A stretch of DNA of 37,919 nucleotides from Desulfobacterales bacterium (GTDB taxonomy: Bacteria > Desulfobacterota > Desulfobulbia > Desulfobulbales > BM004): positions 1 through 37,919 of the forward strand of contig JAAXQI010000216.1 of assembly GCA_012974315.1 (NCBI GenBank), read 5' to 3'. Positions 9,185 through 17,003 of the stretch are shown piece by piece (positions within the stretch are counted from its first letter, which is position 1; every line of letters begins with the position of its first letter). The translations under genes were made by a program, and so were the position numbers. The notes below the pieces were generated by a model. That model was not told the DNA's origin. It searched no databases and saw only the letters and a list, made by a program, of their open reading frames with translations.

Positions 9185-9751
9185 ATGATAAAAGATTTAA
9201 CGCAAATACGACAACGGCTTAAAGAGCTTTTGCTTCAAAAATCATACCGTGAGGGTAAAGTCAAACTGTCATCCGGTCTGGAATCGGATTTTTATATTGA
9301 TGGCAAACAGACCACTCTTGATGCAGAAGGGGCATATCTTTGCGGCAGATTACTCTTTGACCTGATCCGGACAAGTGGTGAAGACATTGGCGGCGTGGGG
9401 GGCATGACCCTGGGGGCAGACCCCTTGGTGACGGCGGTTTCTCTGGTCAGTTACCTGGATAATGAACCCATCCCTGCTTTTATTGTCCGTAAAGAGCCAA
9501 AAGGCCACGGGACGGAAAATTATATCGAAGGAAAAAGCAATCTGCCGGACGGCACCAGAGTAGCCCTCCTGGAAGATGTGGTTACCACCGGGGGCACTTT
9601 ACTTGATGTGATCGATCGTGTCACCGCCCAGGGGCTCCAGGTTGGACTGGTGGCCACTGTGGTTGACCGACAGGAAGGTGGGGCAGAAGCCTTAGCCGCA
9701 AAGGGATATACGCTTCTTTCATTGTTTACCAGAGAAGAACTGTTGGCATGA
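9185..9751 (+). CDS. pyrE: Orotate phosphoribosyltransferase
   Basis: 188-aa ORF. It has KLSSGLESDFYIDGK and the PRPP-binding loop VALLEDVVTTGGT. An AAGGA SD lies about 9 nt upstream. Confidence 0.93.
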   Translation: MIKDLTQIRQRLKELLLQKSYREGKVKLSSGLESDFYIDGKQTTLDAEGAYLCGRLLFDLIRTSGEDIGGVGGMTLGADPLVTAVSLVSYLDNEPIPAFIVRKEPKGHGTENYIEGKSNLPDGTRVALLEDVVTTGGTLLDVIDRVTAQGLQVGLVATVVDRQEGGAEALAAKGYTLLSLFTREELLA

Positions 9752-9816
9752 CAGGAATTAGAATCTGTTTGTTTTCACTGCTGTAAAATTTTTTTCCTGC
9801 TGGGATATGAATTGTG

Positions 9817-9987
9817 ATGAAATGCAAGGAATGTAAAGAAAAGCTTGAAATATTACGTATGTGCAGGAAAGTTCGTATGCAGTGCAAAGGGTGTGGGAAA
9901 GAGTATCAGATTCATGAAATTGCTGACCAGTTGGACAGAGAAACAGAAGAAATGCTCGCGCCATATACCACAATAATTTATGATTAA
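9817..9987 (+). CDS. Small dual-CXXC zinc-ribbon-like protein (56 aa), absent from the ORF track because it is under 60 aa
   Basis: My manual translation is MKCKECKEKLEILRMCRKVRMQCKGCGKEYQIHEIADQLDRETEEMLAPYTTIIYD, ending at the stop 9985-9987. It has two CXXC pairs plus one extra Cys. It is co-directional with, and 27 nt upstream of, the ferredoxin gene. It resembles what I recall as the 'dual CXXC motif small (seleno)protein' family. The SD is weak. Confidence 0.6.
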   Translation: MKCKECKEKLEILRMCRKVRMQCKGCGKEYQIHEIADQLDRETEEMLAPYTTIIYD

Positions 9988-10014
9988 TTTCAAGTTCTTA
10001 TAAAACTATTTAAA

Positions 10015-10206
10015 ATGAAAAAGCCTGATATTGATATTGGTGCCTGTACATTATGCATGGGCTGTGTTGAAGTCTGTCCGGAAGTATTCAGACAGAATGA
10101 TTCCGGTTATATTGAAGTGATCGATCTACAAAAGTACTCTGAGAAAGACATAGATGATGCAATTATGTTTTGTCCGGAGGATTGTATCAGCTGGCAGGAA
10201 GAGTAA
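10015..10206 (+). CDS. Monocluster ferredoxin (Desulfovibrio Fd-like, [4Fe-4S]/[3Fe-4S])
   Basis: 63-aa ORF. CTLCMGCVEVCP (CxxCxxCxxxCP) plus a distal CPEDC match the single-cluster ferredoxin pattern. Confidence 0.85.
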   Translation: MKKPDIDIGACTLCMGCVEVCPEVFRQNDSGYIEVIDLQKYSEKDIDDAIMFCPEDCISWQEE

Positions 10207-10210
10207 TTAA

Positions 10211-10334
10211 CCCGTATATTTCACGAGCCAATCAGACCGAATCTATTTCGGTTCAAAGCAATCCGCATACTTCAGTATAGCGAATCACTTCGAACCTCGT
10301 ATCTTCAGCCCGCTTGACTCGTGAAATATACGGG
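10211..10334. repeat. 124-nt element closed by a perfect 17-bp inverted repeat (long hairpin)
   Basis: CCCGTATATTTCACGAG (10211-10227) is the exact reverse complement of CTCGTGAAATATACGGG (10318-10334). The 90-nt interior contains further small hairpins (ACCGAA-TCTAT-TTCGGT; ATAC-TTCA-GTAT). It lies between the ferredoxin stop and the dgkA start. Confidence 0.7.
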
Positions 10335-10393
10335 CTTATGCAGCATGGCTGTATTTTACTTCAGGATTAAATAATCTGTACAAGACAAGGTTT

Positions 10394-10753
10394 ATGGTAA
10401 AAAAAAGTGGTACTGGCATAGATCGACTTTTCAAGGCATTCGGTTGGTCAATGTCAGGGCTTAAAGCTGCATTTACGCAAGAGACAGCCTTTCGCCAGGA
10501 ATTTCTTTTGTGTATCATCCTGGCCCCCCTGGCTCTTTATCTTGGTGAAACCGGAGTTGAAAAAGCCCTGTTGCTGGGCAGTCTTCTGCTGGTCCTTATT
10601 GTTGAGTTGTTGAATAGTGCTGTGGAGGCTACGGTTGACAGGATTAGCAAAGACCAGCATGAGCTCGCCGGCCAGGCCAAAGATATGGGATCTGCAGCAG
10701 TTTTTCTTTCTCTGCTTAATGTAATGATCGTCTGGCTTTTAATCCTGACCTGA
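10394..10753 (+). CDS. dgkA: Diacylglycerol kinase (DgkA-type integral membrane kinase)
   Basis: 119-aa ORF. GLKAAFTQETAFRQE, VELLNSAVEATVDRI and three hydrophobic helices match DgkA. Confidence 0.9.
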   Translation: MVKKSGTGIDRLFKAFGWSMSGLKAAFTQETAFRQEFLLCIILAPLALYLGETGVEKALLLGSLLLVLIVELLNSAVEATVDRISKDQHELAGQAKDMGSAAVFLSLLNVMIVWLLILT

Positions 10754-10760
10754 CAACACC

Positions 10761-12383
10761 CTATTCCTCATAGTTTGCCGAAATCTGGCTCACAAAGTTT
10801 TCAGACTTTTCAAGCCTGCCTATAGTTTTCTGGGCCGCATCGAAGAAAGGCCCGAAGGTTTTAGCGTTAAGAGCGCTTAAGGGTACTGCCCGGTATTCCC
10901 TGCACTGTCTTTCTGCAAAGTCTTTGGCAACCAGGTCAATCTTATTCAATACCCTGAGGCAGGGGATTTTATCCAGGTCCAATTCCCGTAACTGTTTCTC
11001 CACCACTTCAACCTGATCGTGGAATCGGGGATTGCTGGCATCAATCACGTGGACCAGCATATCCGCTTCATAGAGTTCTTCAAGGGTGGCCTTGAATGCC
11101 TGGAGCAATTCATCGGGCAGGTCCCGGATAAAGCCAACGGTATCGGTTACTATTACCTCAATGTCCTTTGGGAATCGAAGTTGGCGGCTCGTTGGATCCA
11201 GGGTGGCAAAAAGTTTGTCTTCTGCAGTTATCTTACTATGGGTAAGTGTGTTGAGAAGTGTGGATTTGCCGGCATTGGTATAACCAACGAGAGAAATGAC
11301 AGGTATCTCCCTTTTGCGCCGGCGTGATCGTCTTTGATAGCGTTCTTTACTCACCTGTTTTAATTTTTTGGCAAGAAGAGCGAGCCTATCGTTAATGCGC
11401 CTGCGGTCAATTTCCAGCCTGGTTTCACCTGGTCCGCGGCCACCAATGCCACCGGTAAGACGGGAAAGCGCATCATCTCTCATAGTCAGGCGCGGCAGCA
11501 TATACTTCAGCTGGGCCATTTCTATCTGCAGCTTACCTTCACGGCTTAAAGCTCTCCTGGCAAAAATATCAAGTATGAGCTGGGTTCGGTCTATGACTCG
11601 AAGTTCGAGGTGATCGGTAATGGAGCGGATCTGGGAGGGATTCAGTTCCTGGTTGAAGATGAGAAGATTGGCATTAAGCCTTAAGGCTGAAAGCATGATC
11701 TCCCCTAACTTGCCTTTTCCAAGGATGAATTTTCGATTTTTTTTCTTGCGTTTCTGAATAACCGTATCAAGGACAATAATATCGTCAGAACGGGCCAGTT
11801 CAACAAGTTCGTCCATTGATTCTTGATTTGACTCACTGCTTTGAAAGCGCGATGGGGTAGTAACGCTTATCAGGATACCCCTGTCTTTTCCTTTATCAAC
11901 AGCCCGGAGAGGTTGCAGACGGGCAAATTCCTCTTCAAGGGCAGTGATGAGTTCGTCAAAGCCAAATGGTTGACGCCCAGGGACTGTAGGTTCCAGAAAG
12001 GCCCAATCCCTGCCTTCGACAGGCGCAGGGACAAGATGGGCGCCGTAGAGTTTTTCGGGCAGCCCATCAGGACCTATCTTGATAATTCCCATCAGGTCAA
12101 GACGGAGAAACAAAAGGTCGATCAAGTCGTCATCAGTCAGGTTTTCACCAGCTAAATGGGTGTGAATACAGCGAAGCCCTTTTAAGCGTCCGCCTGATGA
12201 TCTTATACCTGTAAGGGCCGGGATGACGATCTGTTTGGCATCACCGACAATAACCAAATCAATCTTGCCTGAGCGGTCAATGAGGACGCCAATTTGCCTG
12301 CCGGTTTCATTGGAAAGCTCGACCATGCTCCTGGCCATTTCAGAACTGACTATGAGATCAGGTGCAATGCGTTTCCTGGCCAA
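10761..12383 (-). CDS. hflX: GTPase HflX, long form with an N-terminal extension of about 165 aa
   Basis: 540-aa ORF. It has the HflX N-domain (DRTQLILDIFARRALSREGKLQIEMAQLKY, GGRGPGETRLEIDRR) and the G-domain VSLVGYTNAGKSTLLN / DTVGF / NKID. The tracked start is TTG. About 165 residues precede the position where E. coli HflX begins, as I recall that sequence. Confidence 0.92.
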   Translation of the reverse strand: MARKRIAPDLIVSSEMARSMVELSNETGRQIGVLIDRSGKIDLVIVGDAKQIVIPALTGIRSSGGRLKGLRCIHTHLAGENLTDDDLIDLLFLRLDLMGIIKIGPDGLPEKLYGAHLVPAPVEGRDWAFLEPTVPGRQPFGFDELITALEEEFARLQPLRAVDKGKDRGILISVTTPSRFQSSESNQESMDELVELARSDDIIVLDTVIQKRKKKNRKFILGKGKLGEIMLSALRLNANLLIFNQELNPSQIRSITDHLELRVIDRTQLILDIFARRALSREGKLQIEMAQLKYMLPRLTMRDDALSRLTGGIGGRGPGETRLEIDRRRINDRLALLAKKLKQVSKERYQRRSRRRKREIPVISLVGYTNAGKSTLLNTLTHSKITAEDKLFATLDPTSRQLRFPKDIEVIVTDTVGFIRDLPDELLQAFKATLEELYEADMLVHVIDASNPRFHDQVEVVEKQLRELDLDKIPCLRVLNKIDLVAKDFAERQCREYRAVPLSALNAKTFGPFFDAAQKTIGRLEKSENFVSQISANYEE

Positions 12384-12438
12384 ACGCTCAAGATGTTTGA
12401 GTTGGGCGGTTTTCAGGCCACTGGTATTACCTGCAAGC

Positions 12439-14361
12439 TTACTGATTTTGTTTCTCCCTCAGAATGCGTTTATCACCCACCCGCATTGTAACCTTCATCT
12501 TGTCGAAATATTCAAGAAGAGGGATACTGAATTTCCGTGAAAGGCCGGTCAGGTCCTTGAATGCAGGCATATCTATTTCGCTTTCTTTTACAAGGAATGA
12601 AACCAGTTTGTCTTTTAGATTTCCCAAGGCAGGTTTATAAAAATAGAGATCCTCTGATATTTTAACAAGTTGATCCTCAACCATCATGACTGCCAGAACT
12701 TCTTTTAAAAGATGATGCGGATACCTGGAGAATTTTACCATGACCTCCTTGAGGGTTGGAGGAGAAAGTTCTGCCTGTTTGTAAAATGATTCGAGTTCCC
12801 GGCGTAATGTTTTTTCTTCATCTTTCAGAGATACCTGGTGGTCTGCCATTCTGATTAATGCCTGATCTTGAACAATGAGTCCCTTTTTTTGCAGGTCGTT
12901 TAATAAAAATTGAAAGAGACGCTGGTCAAGCCCCCTGTAGAGACGGGAACGGAGTTCTTCCTTTGATAGCCCTGCCTTGAGGGGGTTTTCCTGGTGATAG
13001 ACAGTAAGAACAGAGCTGAGTTTCAGGCCCAGCTTTTCATACACCGCCGAGGACACCATGCGCTGTTTGTCCTGCTCGATGAGAATAATATTTCTGGATG
13101 AAAGCGGTAGCTGCACAAATTTTTTGATCCGTTTGCCAAAAATTCCCATCTTGACTGAAAGTCTATCAAGGGTGAGGCCATTGTAACCGCTTTCTGTAAT
13201 ATGGAGTTGGGCAAGATCTTCAGGGATGTTTTTTCTGTAAGTTTGAAAAATATGTTTATTTTCCTCACGGAACCGTTTTCTTTTTCTGGGCGAGCCGTTG
13301 AAAATTACACCACCCCCGATGGTATGGATGGGGGAGTAACTGCGCACGACGTATTTATCACCTGGCCAGCATCCAATCTGTTCTTCAAGCAGTATCTGCA
13401 CATTGGCTTCAGAACCTGGTGCCAGTTCCTCATCTGCAAGCAGGACTATTCTGCCCATTATTTCTGCAGTGCCTATATGAATCCTTACCCTGGCCCGGTT
13501 TTTGTAAGGTTTTTTGTTGGAATCCAGGAAGAGAAAACGGGCGTCAAGCAGATAGGAGGGCTGCAGGCAATCAACAGCAGCAGCCATTTCTCCGCGGCTG
13601 ATGGACTCTTTTTCCAGACCTTGCAGATTAATGGCTGTCCTGTGGCCTGCTTCCGCTTCCTGTGTATCCTTGTTGTGTACCTGTATGCCCCGTATCTTTC
13701 CAGATATGCGGCTGGGGCAGAACATGAGGTCTTCGCCGGTCTTTATGCGGCCGGAAATAGCTGTTCCGGTAATGACCGTGCCAAAACCTTTCATGGAAAA
13801 AACCCTGTCAACGGGAATCCGAAAAGGGCCAGATGGTTCTGAAAAATCAGAAGCTGCCACAAGCTGGTCAAGAATGTTTCTGACCTCTTCTATACCTTCT
13901 CCGGTGGTGGAGGATACCGAAACCATGGGTGCGTCTTCAAGGAATGAACCTGCGAAAAAGGTTCTGACATCATCGGTTACCAATTCAAGCCAGTCCGGTT
14001 CAACCATATCTTTTTTGGTGATGATAATAAGCCCGCGTTCTATGCCAAGCAGTCGGCATATTGCGAAATGCTCCCTTGATTGCGGCATAATGCCCTCATC
14101 GGCAGCAATGATGAAGGCAACCAGATCCATGCCTGAAGCCCCTGCCACCATGTTTTTTACAAACTTTTCATGGCCGGGCACATCTACAATGCCTAACCGG
14201 TGCCCGCATGGCAGGTCCAGATAGGCAAAGCCAAGCTCAATGGTAATTCCCCTTTCTTTTTCTTCCTTGAGACGGTCAGTTTCGATTCCTGTTAATGCCC
14301 GGATAAGACTGGTCTTGCCATGATCCACATGGCCGGCTGTTCCCAGGATGATTTCACGCAC
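12439..14361 (-). CDS. selB: Selenocysteine-specific translation elongation factor
   Basis: 640-aa ORF with a GTG start. It has the G-domain GTAGHVDHGKTSLIRALTG / DVPGHEKF / TKKD, EF-Tu-like domains II-III, and a long winged-helix C-terminal extension typical of SelB. Confidence 0.93.
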   Translation of the reverse strand: MREIILGTAGHVDHGKTSLIRALTGIETDRLKEEKERGITIELGFAYLDLPCGHRLGIVDVPGHEKFVKNMVAGASGMDLVAFIIAADEGIMPQSREHFAICRLLGIERGLIIITKKDMVEPDWLELVTDDVRTFFAGSFLEDAPMVSVSSTTGEGIEEVRNILDQLVAASDFSEPSGPFRIPVDRVFSMKGFGTVITGTAISGRIKTGEDLMFCPSRISGKIRGIQVHNKDTQEAEAGHRTAINLQGLEKESISRGEMAAAVDCLQPSYLLDARFLFLDSNKKPYKNRARVRIHIGTAEIMGRIVLLADEELAPGSEANVQILLEEQIGCWPGDKYVVRSYSPIHTIGGGVIFNGSPRKRKRFREENKHIFQTYRKNIPEDLAQLHITESGYNGLTLDRLSVKMGIFGKRIKKFVQLPLSSRNIILIEQDKQRMVSSAVYEKLGLKLSSVLTVYHQENPLKAGLSKEELRSRLYRGLDQRLFQFLLNDLQKKGLIVQDQALIRMADHQVSLKDEEKTLRRELESFYKQAELSPPTLKEVMVKFSRYPHHLLKEVLAVMMVEDQLVKISEDLYFYKPALGNLKDKLVSFLVKESEIDMPAFKDLTGLSRKFSIPLLEYFDKMKVTMRVGDKRILREKQNQ

Positions 14362-14367
14362 TTTTTA

Positions 14368-15003
14368 TCAACCTCCGGTAATAAATGGATTCCCTGTTTT
14401 TTCCTGACCAATGGTGGAGCGGTCTCCTCCATAGCCGTGTCCTGGCCAGACAATGGTATCAGGTGGAAGAGACAGGAGCCGTTCTTTAATGGAGGTCATC
14501 ATTTGCTGTGTGTTGCCGCCCGGAAAGTCAGTGCGTCCTACGCCACCTGCGAAGAGTGTGTCGCCGGTAAACAGGTTTGGATGAGAATAAAGGCATATGC
14601 CACCAGGCGTGTGGCCCGGTGTAAGGATGACTTTAAGGGTTTCATTGCCAAAGGTGAGCGTATCGCCATCTTCGACACGTTTGTCAACTGGTGGAGATGC
14701 AGGCAGGCCGAGCTGGGAGAAAAACTGTTCAACGCTGCTCTGGCTGAAAAAGTCTGCGTCAGCAGAATGCATGACGATTTCGGCACCGGTGGCTTCTTTG
14801 AGTTGCCGGTTGCCGCAGACATGGTCTGGATGACCATGGGTGTTGACGATATATTTTACCTTGAGGTTTTCCTGTTGGCAGGCTGTGAGGATATCGTCCT
14901 CATTGCCGCCGGGATCAATGATCACAGCCTCTTTGGTTTCATCACAGGCCACTATATAACAGCAGACCCCCATCATACCAACCATCATCTGTTTAACGCG
15001 CAT
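14368..15003 (-). CDS. MBL-fold metallo-hydrolase (glyoxalase II-like)
   Basis: 211-aa ORF with an ATG start. It has the HxHxDH motif (NTHGHPDHVCGN), TPGHTPG and GDTLFAGGVGRTDFPGG. Confidence 0.9.
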   Translation of the reverse strand: MRVKQMMVGMMGVCCYIVACDETKEAVIIDPGGNEDDILTACQQENLKVKYIVNTHGHPDHVCGNRQLKEATGAEIVMHSADADFFSQSSVEQFFSQLGLPASPPVDKRVEDGDTLTFGNETLKVILTPGHTPGGICLYSHPNLFTGDTLFAGGVGRTDFPGGNTQQMMTSIKERLLSLPPDTIVWPGHGYGGDRSTIGQEKTGNPFITGG

Positions 15004-15024
15004 ACTGTCTCCTGATATATGTTT

Positions 15025-15918
15025 TTATGATTCCTGTTTTACAGGCAGTTCTTTTATAACATTATCTATTACCTGGTCAAAGGCTTTGGTGGCTACTGAG
15101 CCTACCCCTGATGAGAGATAAGGTTTGCCGGCATCTCCTCCTGCAACAACTTTTGGGTCCATGGGTACATCCCCCAGAAATGGCAGGTTAAACTCAAGAG
15201 CTGTTTTCCTGCCGCCTCCGGTACCAAAAATATCCACCGGCTTATCACAGTGAGGGCAGATAAAACCACTCATGTTTTCTACTACTCCAAGTATGTTGAT
15301 ATTTACATGGCGACAGAAATTAATGGATTTGCGAACATCGGCAAGGGCAATCTCCTGGGGGGTTGTCACAACCAGGGCATTGACATCCTTGATGGTCTGG
15401 GCCACGGAAAGGGGCTCGTCCCCTGTGCCTGGAGGGGCGTCAATAACCAGATAATCCAGCTTCCCCCAGTCAATTTCAGCGATAAACTGTCTTATGGCCT
15501 GAATCTTGAGGGGCCCCCGCCAGATAATTGCCTCATCACGGTTCTCCATCATGTATTCCAGGGACATTACCTTTAATGTATCATTATATCGCATGGGAGG
15601 AACAAGTGCATTTTTGTCCTCCCTGGTTCTTTGCAGTTTTTCTGTCAAACTCAGCATGCGGCAGATATCGGGGCCATGCAGGTCCACATCCATCAAGCCT
15701 ACCTGGAATCCCCTGTTAGCCAAGCCAAGCGCCAGGTTTGTTGCCACGGTGCTTTTGCCGACACCCCCCTTGCCACTCATGACAAGAATTTTACGTTTAA
15801 TTTTTGATAATGCTGAAGTTATGGCAATGTTCTGAACAGCTTTGGTGGCTTTAACGGACCCACAGGTTCCTTTCTGATCGCCACTTTTGCTCGGACATGT
15901 TTTGCATGCATCTGACAT
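15025..15918 (-). CDS. Mrp/NBP35/ApbC family Fe-S cluster carrier ATPase
   Basis: It has the deviant Walker A SGKGGVGKST and the CPHC motif (GFICPHCDKPVDIFG). I place the start at ATG 15918 (MSDACKTCPSKSG), which follows a strong SD (GGAGGA, 8 nt spacer). The tracked ORF extends to 16050, but that 44-aa extension has no family support. Confidence 0.9.
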   Translation of the reverse strand: MSDACKTCPSKSGDQKGTCGSVKATKAVQNIAITSALSKIKRKILVMSGKGGVGKSTVATNLALGLANRGFQVGLMDVDLHGPDICRMLSLTEKLQRTREDKNALVPPMRYNDTLKVMSLEYMMENRDEAIIWRGPLKIQAIRQFIAEIDWGKLDYLVIDAPPGTGDEPLSVAQTIKDVNALVVTTPQEIALADVRKSINFCRHVNINILGVVENMSGFICPHCDKPVDIFGTGGGRKTALEFNLPFLGDVPMDPKVVAGGDAGKPYLSSGVGSVATKAFDQVIDNVIKELPVKQES

Positions 15919-16333
15919 AATTATCGTCCTCCAATAATAAAAACTGGTTTGAAATTCAGGTGTATTTCTGAATCTGTGAGACGCTGAATGTAAATCAGCT
16001 CTAAGTGCCCTGTTTTTAAGGGTGCTTACCTGAGGGGTATAAACGACCAACGGGAGACACCGGGCAATTTTTCGTCACGGATTCAGGTGTATCTATATAC
16101 AGTAATGCATGATGTTTTAAAAGCGAATAAGAAATGCTTTCTGACTTCCTGCTAACGAGATGGTTCTCATGATAAAACGCTTTATGCTTGATTTGTTTTC
16201 AGTATTTCAGGTAAATTGCAAATATACAATTTGTCATTGGATGACTATAAACGAGTTTTTTCTGATTGAGTGAAGAGGATTTTCAGGATAGGTCCTGTAA
16301 TCCTGACTATTGTATTTTTTCCAGCAGGTGAAA

Positions 16334-16768
16334 ATGATGGATGACTTTGACAGAAGAATACTTGATGAGTTCAAGGAACTGGAAAGGCAGATGGGCAGGA
16401 TGCTGAGAAGTACCTCTCTGTCAAGGGCGATACCCATGCCCTCAAGTGGGGGCGGGGGATGGCAGCCGGATGTGGATGTTTATGAAACAACTGATGATAT
16501 AATAGTCCTTATGGATACAGCTGGTATTGATATGGATTATATGACCGTCACAGCACAAAAAAACAGCATTACTGTCCAGGGCAGAAGAAGTCTTCCCAAG
16601 CGCGGCAATGTCTGCTGCATTCATCAACTGGAAATTGAAATGGGGGGGTTTAAAAGAACCATCAGCTTTCCTGTATCGGTCCAGATAGATGCAACCACTT
16701 TTAACTGCCAGAACGGTATTCTGGAAATCAAAATACCCAAGGACACAAAAAACTGCTCACTTCCCTAA
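16334..16768 (+). CDS. Hsp20/alpha-crystallin family small heat-shock protein
   Basis: The alpha-crystallin domain runs PDVDVYETTDDIIVLMDTAGIDMDYMTVT...GFKRTISFPVSV...NGILEIKIPK. I prefer ATG 16334 (MMDDFDRR), which follows an AGGTGA SD, over the tracked start at 16310. Confidence 0.88.
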   Translation: MMDDFDRRILDEFKELERQMGRMLRSTSLSRAIPMPSSGGGGWQPDVDVYETTDDIIVLMDTAGIDMDYMTVTAQKNSITVQGRRSLPKRGNVCCIHQLEIEMGGFKRTISFPVSVQIDATTFNCQNGILEIKIPKDTKNCSLP

Positions 16769-17003
16769 TTTGTGCCTGTCTAGAAATGATGATTTTCGAA
16801 GTCTGCGCTTATCTGCTAAAAATCGAGGACTGCGAAAAAAATAAGCACAGGCATATGTTTGATATCGGAGTCTCACTTTGTTCGTTTATGCCCTGAAAGG
16901 GTGCTTACCTCCGAGCATTATTTTTTGAGCGTGACGAAGAGTTTCAGTAAAAAGACCATTTATGTACAGGCGCTAACCATAAAAGAGAACTGGATACCAT
17001 ATT

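Noticed and set aside
9126-9188. 20-aa uORF (MQFLSTLKKRLLKLIKRILL) whose stop overlaps the pyrE ATG (ATGA), a possible pyrimidine-attenuation leader peptide
   Set aside because: Its SD-like AAGGAAG is too close to the ATG (about 2 nt). No terminator or antiterminator hairpins follow it. pyrE has its own SD. This is most likely fortuitous.
9758-9973. Tracked 71-aa minus-strand ORF
   Set aside because: The plus strand encodes a far more protein-like 56-aa dual-CXXC peptide over the same bases. The minus-strand translation looks like noise.
10290-10310. GGTTCGAA (minus strand) resembling a tRNA T-loop, near selB, raising the idea of selC
   Set aside because: The flanking bases do not form a T-stem, and no acceptor or anticodon arms can be drawn. 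It lies inside the long inverted-repeat element.
10751-10763. Convergent gene pairs with almost no spacer: dgkA/hflX with a 7-nt gap, and nitroreductase/recD with a 3-nt gap at 32135-32137
   Set aside because: This is consistent with the generally compact genome. I see no structure to interpret beyond implied overlapping 3' transcripts.
13201-15015. Long plus-strand ORFs (213, 207 and 231 aa) overlapping selB and the MBL-hydrolase gene
   Set aside because: They are antisense to ORFs with unmistakable family motifs. Their translations are Ser/Pro/Cys/Arg-rich with no recognisable domains, as expected for shadow ORFs opposite strongly coding sequence.
16001-16027. Imperfect palindrome resembling a CIRCE (HrcA) operator
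   Set aside because: The half-sites TAAGCACCC / GGGCACTTA match the consensus TTAGCACTC-N9-GAGTGCTAA only partially. The two arms are not true DNA inverted repeats, pairing at 8 of 10 positions and only fully as G-U in RNA. I kept it as a generic shared-motif finding instead.
15919-16050. 44-aa N-terminal extension of the Mrp/ApbC ORF
   Set aside because: An internal ATG at 15918 has a near-perfect GGAGGA SD at the right spacing. The extension has no family counterpart and overlaps repeat- and hairpin-rich non-coding sequence.
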